Positions 57,807 to 64,000 of a stretch of DNA of 64,000 nt are shown in pieces; the first letter of the stretch is position 1; every line of letters begins with the position of its first letter. The notes under the pieces were generated by a model that saw only the letters and a program-made list of their open reading frames with translations, made no database searches and was not told the origin of the DNA. Both the position numbers and the translations under genes were made by a program. The DNA is from an uncultured Candidatus Saccharibacteria bacterium (GTDB taxonomy: Bacteria > Patescibacteriota > Doudnabacteria > UBA920): NCBI GenBank assembly GCA_964416765.1, contig CAYQEU010000001.1, positions 549,357 through 613,356 of the forward strand. Reading direction: 5' to 3'.

Positions 57807-58420
57807 TATTCTGCTTTTTCGGGAAGAAACTCCGTCAGCCTGGCAGCAGCCTCGGGGATTTGTGCCGCCCGGGAACCATATATTTGCTCCAGTTTCAGGG
57901 TTAACCCATGGACATCACCAAAGTTATAAAAGTCCTGCTGCGTTGGGTACATGCGCTTAAACTTTGTAAAATCTTGGATAGTCATGTTCTGGGCCAGGTC
58001 ATAGTTGTTATGGACACAGTGCGCTATTATAGATTTTGCGTACCCGTTATCCTGGATTTCTTTCCATTGCTGTTCAGTGACGTATTCCTGCGCGGAATCC
58101 GGGATAGTGAGTTCACCGGTTGGGAATTGTTCCATCAGCGAATCGCGGGCCTCGCGGAGGCGCTGGAGCTGGGCATCGTACTGCCCCACTGGAACCAGGT
58201 CGAACTCTGCCCCGCCCTTCGGAAAATTATCGGCATTGCCAGTCATGGGATAGGTCGGACTTTTGCCGCTCAAGTCAGCCAGCCGCGCCACTTTGGCGTC
58301 ATATGCTTTCTGGACTTCATTGGCCGTGGGATTGGGATTATCAATACCCAAAATCTCTAACGGTGATTTTGCGCTTTCAACCTCACTTGCGGCCGGATGG
58401 CCAAATTCTGATTCAGACAT
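57806..58420 (-). CDS. Hypothetical protein with degenerate J-domain-like N-terminus
   Basis: SPLEILGI...TANEVQKAY...QRLREARDSL without HPD; TGGTATAAT at 58441-58449. Confidence 0.6.
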   Translation of the reverse strand: MSESEFGHPAASEVESAKSPLEILGIDNPNPTANEVQKAYDAKVARLADLSGKSPTYPMTGNADNFPKGGAEFDLVPVGQYDAQLQRLREARDSLMEQFPTGELTIPDSAQEYVTEQQWKEIQDNGYAKSIIAHCVHNNYDLAQNMTIQDFTKFKRMYPTQQDFYNFGDVHGLTLKLEQIYGSRAAQIPEAAARLTEFLPEKAE

Positions 58421-58471
58421 ATAGTAAGTTTAGTAAGGTTATTATACCAAAATAGGCTGGTTGTGAGGATC

Positions 58472-58500
58472 TTGACAAAATGCCCAAAAAGGTGTATAAT
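58472..58500 (+). promoter_or_regulatory. Perfect consensus sigma70 promoter for ssrA
   Basis: TTGACA-17 nt-TATAAT, 10 nt upstream of the tmRNA 5' end. Confidence 0.85.
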
Positions 58501-58510
58501 ATGTATTCAT

Positions 58511-58902
58511 GGGGATGCCGGATTTTGACAAGACGGAAACCTCAATTGATATGCAAGACGAGCAAGCATTCTAACTCGCAAATCTGGTATGCAACAATAA
58601 ATGCTAACGCATTTTCTAAGGTAAAGGAAGCTATGGCTTTGGCCTTCGCTCCTGTACCTGTACTCGCCTAACATAACTGGCTAGTACCCTGGCCCTCAGG
58701 TCTCCCTGCTTGAGGACCACCAGGTTCATTTTGGGATATAGCTTTATGGTTTGATTTACGCCGTAAAGTGGAACATTGGTAAATCAACTTTTGTTCTTAG
58801 CTGTCCACCGCTTGGGCAAAAGTACTTTGATGGACTAATCTTGTGACCAATCAGTTTGGGAATTTGTTTTGGACGCGAGTTTAACTCTCGCCATCTCCAC
58901 CA
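58511..58902 (+). ncRNA. ssrA: tmRNA
   Basis: GGGGATG/CATCTCC-A-CCA acceptor with G3:U70; T arm GCGAG-TTTAACT-CTCGC; resume context ATAAAT-GCT at 58603 giving tag ANAFSKVKEAMALAFAPVPVLA; smpB 2 kb upstream. Confidence 0.95.
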
Positions 58903-58991
58903 AAATAGGTTTGCCTAGCCCGCAGGGCGCAGGCAAAGCGAGATTTTGGTAGGATGCTGAGCCGAAGGCGAAGCGCCACCAAATAATTTTT

Positions 58992-59012
58992 AAACCGCGT
59001 TTCAGCGGTTTT
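58992..59012 (+). terminator. Terminator after tmRNA
   Basis: AAACCGC-GTTTCA-GCGGTTTT. Confidence 0.6.
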
Positions 59013-59028
59013 GTTATATTATAACTAC

Positions 59029-59457
59029 ATGACACTTTCTCCTTTAACCAAACAGGCCATTACACACACCTTACACTGTCTTCTTGGGTGTTCCATTGGA
59101 GAGGTGGGCGGCATGGCAATAGGCACGGCATTCCACTGGCACAATATCACCATGACAATTGTGTCCATTGCGCTCTCCTTTGTTTTCGGGTATTTACTTA
59201 CCACTCTTTCCCTGGTTAAGAAAGGCTCCCAGATAAAGCAGGCTGTGAAAGCCGCCGTCGCTACCGATACCGTGTCAATCATCTCCATGGAATTGATTGA
59301 CAATGTTTTTGTTTGGTTAATACCTGGGGCATTGGATGCCACATTAAACCAACCATTGTTTTGGCTGAGCCTCTTAGCCTCTTTAGTGGTTGCTTTCTCT
59401 TTGACTGTTCCCGTGAACCGTTGGTTCATAGCCGAAAAGGGTCATTCGCACCACTAG
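59029..59457 (+). CDS. DUF4396 family membrane protein
   Basis: TLHCLLGCSIGEV, DTVSIISMELIDN and PVNRWFI..G..H motifs. Confidence 0.85.
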   Translation: MTLSPLTKQAITHTLHCLLGCSIGEVGGMAIGTAFHWHNITMTIVSIALSFVFGYLLTTLSLVKKGSQIKQAVKAAVATDTVSIISMELIDNVFVWLIPGALDATLNQPLFWLSLLASLVVAFSLTVPVNRWFIAEKGHSHH

Positions 59458-59511
59458 CCCTCTCTCCAATCCCCGGACACGCAAGCGTTGGGGCATGTTA
59501 TAATTATTTCT

Positions 59512-59862
59512 ATGAATAACTTACAAGATGTATTTAGCAGAATCCGCGAAACGCGGGTCAAAGCAAAACAGATTCGCGCCATGTATAAAGACTCCCTGGC
59601 GCAACACCCCGAGTACAAAACCATAGTGGAAAAAATAGACGCTCTGAAAGAGCAGAAGAAGCAGATTGAAACCCAGGTTAAAGACGACCAGCTGGCGGAA
59701 TTCCAGAAGCTAGATGCATACAAAATGCACGTTAAGAATGATTTAGAGATGCTGTCGGACTTGGCTTTAAATCAGTTAGTTTCGGGCGAGACCGTGGAGG
59801 TTGTTGACGAAGACAATAACAAATACGAACCTTTGTTCACGGTTAAGTTTAAGAAAGCATAA
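59512..59862 (+). CDS. Conserved hypothetical coiled-coil protein
   Basis: LQDVFSRIRET...YKDSL...YEPLFTVKFKK; start 7 nt after TGTTATAAT. Confidence 0.75.
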   Translation: MNNLQDVFSRIRETRVKAKQIRAMYKDSLAQHPEYKTIVEKIDALKEQKKQIETQVKDDQLAEFQKLDAYKMHVKNDLEMLSDLALNQLVSGETVEVVDEDNNKYEPLFTVKFKKA

Positions 59863-59871
59863 ATATAGATT

Positions 59872-59898
59872 AAAAAACCGCCCGTGTGGGCGGTTTTT
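59872..59898. terminator. Bidirectional terminator
   Basis: AAAAAACCGCCC-GTGT-GGGCGGTTTTT. Confidence 0.85.
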
Positions 59899-59909
59899 AT
59901 ATATTTGTT

Positions 59910-62900
59910 TTACTCCCAATTTAGTTCCCCAACCGGGCGGGTGGAAAGAACTTTGGTTTGGGAAAGTTTAGTGTCTGAAGAGTTTACTTTGACTGCCTTG
60001 GTGTAGTCATATCCCCAGGAAGCCAAGACATCCATGGAAGGGATGCCGACCAGGCCGTCTTTGCCCATTAGCTGAAGAGTTTTGCCGTTTAGCACCAAAG
60101 TACCCTTTCGGTGAGCCTCGGTGGAACTGTCGATATTAGAATCGCTGGCCATGAAGGACACATCACCGGTCTTGGCAGTGGTGAAACTAAAGCCTAAAGC
60201 TTTAAACACCGCAGCAGAGGTAAAGGCTGCCTTCTTGCCGTCAGTAATGAGATAGCAGGTGCCCTTGTCAGATCCCCTGTCAGAACAGATGATGCTGCCG
60301 TCACGGGGGGGAATATACGAGCCGGCGGAAAGGGCCAGGTCACCTTCTTGCGCGATCGCTACGTTAGCAAAGGTGTTGAAACCGTAAGACAAGAAAGCGG
60401 CGGCGGAAGTGTAAGCCCGGCGAGTGCCGTCTTTGGTGATGGTATAAATGGTTCCGTCAGATAACTTTACGTTTGCTCCGGTCGCGCTACGGGCAGAAGG
60501 CACAGTAGGAGTTTTCGGAACTGCCGGAGCTGCTGGTGCGGGACCACCTCCGGAGGATGCGGGGGCATTGCCCATAAGGCTAAACATCGAGAAGCTGGAA
60601 GTATTACAAGTGACAGTATTAGCTGTTGTATCAACCACGCACCCTGTTAGAGGAGTCCAAGCACCACCACTGTAGTGGTAGATGACCAGGGAGGTTTCGT
60701 TAATTCCGGACACGTCGGCATCATCGTACGTAATTGTAATGGAAAGCGGGACCGAGAATGAGGTGACGGCTGTTGAGGGTCCGGTCAGGGATTTTAATTC
60801 GTACGTATGGGTGCCTGCTGCCAGGAATCCGTTTGGTAGGCCTACAGCGTTCAAAGCACTTGTGGAATCCAGCTTTAAGATCTGGAAAGTCGCGTCACTA
60901 CCCACGGCGTGGGCAGGAACATCCAACGACAAGCCGGTGCCGCCGCTGGTCAGCTGGACGTTGCCACCGCTGGAGTCGGTTACCGGATTAGAGGTACTGC
61001 TGGTCACCGTAGAGGAACCGGTACAACCGCTGGTGGTAAAGGTATGGTCAGTATCGGTCGCTAAATTACCAGTAGCGTCATTGGAACGGACGCGGTAATG
61101 GTAAGTAGTACAAGCTACCAAGGAAGGTAAATTCACTGTGTGGCTGGTTACCCGGGGAGCGGTGTCGGTTTCAGATGTTGTACTGCCGTAGCTAGCGCTC
61201 AAGCCATAGTTAACAATGGAAGAAGAAGCTTCGTTGGTAGACCAACTAATGGAAGCAGAGGTTGTCCCGGCGGATGCGGCAGTAGAAGAAATCACCGGCG
61301 CGGTGGAATCTACCGTAATTGGCTCGTCAAAGTGCACGGCCCAGTTGTATAAAGTATTGCCATACGATGAAGTAGTTGGGTCAGTGTCGCGTAGGTTTCC
61401 TCCAGCGGCCCCTGCGGAATGAGACCCGGCATCCACGCCGGCTGTACCCGTGTAAGCGTAACGCAAGCGCTGGTTAGACCCGGTCGGGGTTTGGTTCAAT
61501 GTTATGGCGACGGTGTCATCGCTTACGATTGCCACAGAAGTGATGGATGCCGAGGAAGTGCTGTCGAAATATTCAAATCCCTTGTTGGCAATGGCCTGTT
61601 CGATGGTCGTGTCGAAAGCCAAAACGCCGGCTGGGACATGAAATTTCGCGTAAATGACGTTGCTGCTGCGAGTAATAGTCTCAGGAGACAGTGGTCGCCA
61701 ATCTTCGTGGTCAACCACAACTTTTTTTATTACCTTACCGTAGTATTCGCCCAGCCAGCGATAGCTAGCCGCGGTTAGGTGGTGTCGGTCAGAATAGTTA
61801 AAAAAGTATTTCGGGGTAACCAAATATATTTTACCCGGGTTATCGAGCGAGGCTTTATACTGATAGATAGGGATCTGTGAGGTCGGAGTGTTAGCGTAAG
61901 AAGAGAAGTATGAGCTCATCTGGTCAATAAAGAATGGGATAGTGCCGCTCTGCCCGGTGATTGCTTTATAATCGGTTTCCATGTCGTGCTGCCATTCAAC
62001 GAGATAGCCTTCGTACGTAGGACCGCTGACACCATTAAAGTTGTCGGTCTCACCGTGGATACTGGTGGTAGCAACCACGCGGGACATTTTGCCCTGGGCG
62101 GCAGCTGCGGTCTTTACGTTGGTAACCTGGTTCAAACCGGTGCTGTACGGGCCCGTGCCCTTTTTGAGCTGGGAGTAGGTATAGCCACTAACCCCATAGT
62201 TGGTAAGCGCAATATTGTACCCATTTCCGGCGACTTTGCCGGTGATAAAGTTGGCTAAGGCACTGCCCATGGTTTCAACACCGCTTTCAACGAGCGGGGT
62301 AAAGCTGCCGCCGGCGCCCATTCCACCGCCCGCTCCGGTAAGCATGACGTTGCTGTAAGGCTGGGTGGTAGTCAGGGCCGGGGAACCGCCAACACCCACG
62401 GATAAGGACTGTCCGGTAGAAACAATTTGGTTGATGTAGTCGACTTGGGCTACCTGCGCGGAAGCCGCGCTGAGAGCCGGGGAACCGGTGGTAGGGCTTA
62501 CGCTCGCCACGGGAGTAACCTCAAACTTTAGGTATTGGCCGATGTCGTTTGTGGTAACGGTATAGCTAATTCCGGTAGCGCCCGGAATGGCAGTGTAAGT
62601 CCCGCCCGCGCTGCTGGAGCGAAGCCACCGATAAGTGGAAGTTGCCTCACTGTTCCCATTGGCATCAGCAAAAGTGTAAGTACCAGTCAAAAGCTCATCC
62701 ACTGAGGCTGTCCCGCTAATGGCCACTGAAAGCGCGGTGGGAGCAGTAGGCGTGGAAGAAATGGGGGTTGCGTTGGCTGAAGATGAAGGATCGCTAGTTC
62801 CATTGGCGTTGACCCCCATGACCCGGAAATTATAAGCTAAACCATTCGTCAGCCCGGTAACGGTGGTTGAGGTGGAAGCAGATGTCCCATCGACAAAAGT

Positions 62901-64000
62901 AGACCAGGAACCGCTGGTGCTAAGTTTATACTGGATAACGTAGTCGGTAATAGCGGCACCGTTGTCCCCTCCCGAAGCCCAGGTAAGGCCAACCTGGCCG
63001 TCGCCGGCTGTTGCGTTAAGACTGACCGGGGCAAATGGCCCCGTAAGCGGTTCGATTATTCTGACGTCATCGTAAGACGCTGTTCCCCCGCTGGATATGC
63101 CGCTGCCAATCCAGAAAGGCTTGTTGGTAAAGGTGCCGCCCGTAAGCGTAGCGCTTGCCGTACCTGAACCATTTACGTAAACCTTGGCACCCCCTGCCTG
63201 TAAGGCCACGATTTTAAAAGTTATGGGAACACCATTCGTGCACGAGGTTAAACCTGATAATGTCTGAGGGGAGTTGGCCTGGTTACTGCCGTTCAGCCAA
63301 TAGTATATTTCCCAGTTGCTCGAATTAGCCAAAAAAATGTAGGCCGCGGAGCTGCCCGTGGTGAAATCAAAATCCCCATACCCTGCCGCTACGGCAACAT
63401 TGGAACCGCAGGCAGTCCGGCTTACGGAAAATTCCATGCTAACATCCCCATTGGTGCGGTCATAAGTATCGGTGGTGTATATCCCATCTTGGGAACTCCA
63501 GGCATGGGTACCGCTCACAATATTGAGGGAGCCGTTTTGGGTGACACTGCCGGTTGTGCCTCCTAATCCTCCGGCGTCAACTTCATTCCATTTTGATGTA
63601 TCAATTGTAGTCCCGGTGAAAAAGTCGGACATTGTCACTGGAGCCGGTGTCGCGCTGATGGTGCTGGAAACAGCGCCGGTACCCACAGAGTTAACCGCTG
63701 AAACCCTAAAATCATATTGAGAATTGTTTGTTAATCCGGTAACAGTAGCCGAGGTTGAGGTTGATGTGTCGTCGGAAAAGGTGGTCCATGAGGAATCACT
63801 GTGGAGCTTGTATTCCACTATGTAGTCCGTAATGGCAGCGCCGCCGTTAGAGATTGGCGCACTCCAGGACAAAGACGACTGGGAGTTTTCACTGCTGGTG
63901 GCCGTCAAACTTTGAGGCGCGCTCGGTACGCTGAGTGCCGGTGTGGCAGTGGCCGTGGACGAAGCAGCGCCAGTGCCTACCGAGTTAACAGCCGAAACCC
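59910..64000 (-). CDS. Giant surface protein: FN3 repeats, lectin-like domain, SGNH (CE6/sialate O-acetylesterase-like) domain, Ig-like domains and C-terminal repeats; 5' end beyond the window
   Basis: The frame stays open to the window edge. FN3 W..P...G..ITDY...GLTN...Y.FRV.AVN..G repeats; SGNH blocks GQSL, HGETD and DRHH. Confidence 0.85.
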   Translation of the reverse strand, partial: VSAVNSVGTGAASSTATATPALSVPSAPQSLTATSSENSQSSLSWSAPISNGGAAITDYIVEYKLHSDSSWTTFSDDTSTSTSATVTGLTNNSQYDFRVSAVNSVGTGAVSSTISATPAPVTMSDFFTGTTIDTSKWNEVDAGGLGGTTGSVTQNGSLNIVSGTHAWSSQDGIYTTDTYDRTNGDVSMEFSVSRTACGSNVAVAAGYGDFDFTTGSSAAYIFLANSSNWEIYYWLNGSNQANSPQTLSGLTSCTNGVPITFKIVALQAGGAKVYVNGSGTASATLTGGTFTNKPFWIGSGISSGGTASYDDVRIIEPLTGPFAPVSLNATAGDGQVGLTWASGGDNGAAITDYVIQYKLSTSGSWSTFVDGTSASTSTTVTGLTNGLAYNFRVMGVNANGTSDPSSSANATPISSTPTAPTALSVAISGTASVDELLTGTYTFADANGNSEATSTYRWLRSSSAGGTYTAIPGATGISYTVTTNDIGQYLKFEVTPVASVSPTTGSPALSAASAQVAQVDYINQIVSTGQSLSVGVGGSPALTTTQPYSNVMLTGAGGGMGAGGSFTPLVESGVETMGSALANFITGKVAGNGYNIALTNYGVSGYTYSQLKKGTGPYSTGLNQVTNVKTAAAAQGKMSRVVATTSIHGETDNFNGVSGPTYEGYLVEWQHDMETDYKAITGQSGTIPFFIDQMSSYFSSYANTPTSQIPIYQYKASLDNPGKIYLVTPKYFFNYSDRHHLTAASYRWLGEYYGKVIKKVVVDHEDWRPLSPETITRSSNVIYAKFHVPAGVLAFDTTIEQAIANKGFEYFDSTSSASITSVAIVSDDTVAITLNQTPTGSNQRLRYAYTGTAGVDAGSHSAGAAGGNLRDTDPTTSSYGNTLYNWAVHFDEPITVDSTAPVISSTAASAGTTSASISWSTNEASSSIVNYGLSASYGSTTSETDTAPRVTSHTVNLPSLVACTTYHYRVRSNDATGNLATDTDHTFTTSGCTGSSTVTSSTSNPVTDSSGGNVQLTSGGTGLSLDVPAHAVGSDATFQILKLDSTSALNAVGLPNGFLAAGTHTYELKSLTGPSTAVTSFSVPLSITITYDDADVSGINETSLVIYHYSGGAWTPLTGCVVDTTANTVTCNTSSFSMFSLMGNAPASSGGGPAPAAPAVPKTPTVPSARSATGANVKLSDGTIYTITKDGTRRAYTSAAAFLSYGFNTFANVAIAQEGDLALSAGSYIPPRDGSIICSDRGSDKGTCYLITDGKKAAFTSAAVFKALGFSFTTAKTGDVSFMASDSNIDSSTEAHRKGTLVLNGKTLQLMGKDGLVGIPSMDVLASWGYDYTKAVKVNSSDTKLSQTKVLSTRPVGELNWE

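Noticed and set aside
58480-58671. 63-aa ORF
   Set aside because: It is the tmRNA tag frame read from a fortuitous ATG inside the promoter.

Overview
This is a gene-dense, standard-genetic-code (TGA used as stop) chromosomal segment that reads as a Patescibacteria/CPR bacterium, probably Parcubacteria- or Doudnabacteria-like; the taxonomy is inferred from gene families and protein style. It carries housekeeping genes (proS, rseP, frr, holB, miaA, gatCAB, lemA-htpX, recX, clpC, comF, recG, radA, rsmA, pcrA, recO, ileS, argS, smpB), three tRNAs (Ser-GCT, Ser-TGA, Arg-CCG) and tmRNA. A ~16.4 kb minus-strand cluster (21566-37988) encodes a non-mobile, disulfide-rich type IV secretion-like system: VirB4, PrgI/VirB3, a VirB6-like protein, an SLT transglycosylase, DsbA and several orphans. 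Other modules are an ECF sigma/membrane-partner pair between two near-identical tRNA-Ser genes, a LysM-CHAP hydrolase, a DedA-GT4-GT2 set, and a giant FN3/SGNH surface protein running off the right edge. The most unusual signals are (i) an unannotated aromatic-rich leader peptide with terminator/antiterminator upstream of a HAD phosphatase and a circularly permuted ATP-grasp ligase, (ii) many apparently leaderless genes, (iii) a probable ATT start codon, (iv) small C-GNA-G hairpin inserts duplicating the 3' ends of tRNA-Ser and tmRNA, (v) a 20-aa Lys-rich microprotein, and (vi) a recurring G-x-V-[LK]-G-x-S-T motif in exported proteins. All calls come from reading motifs by eye; no database searches were run.
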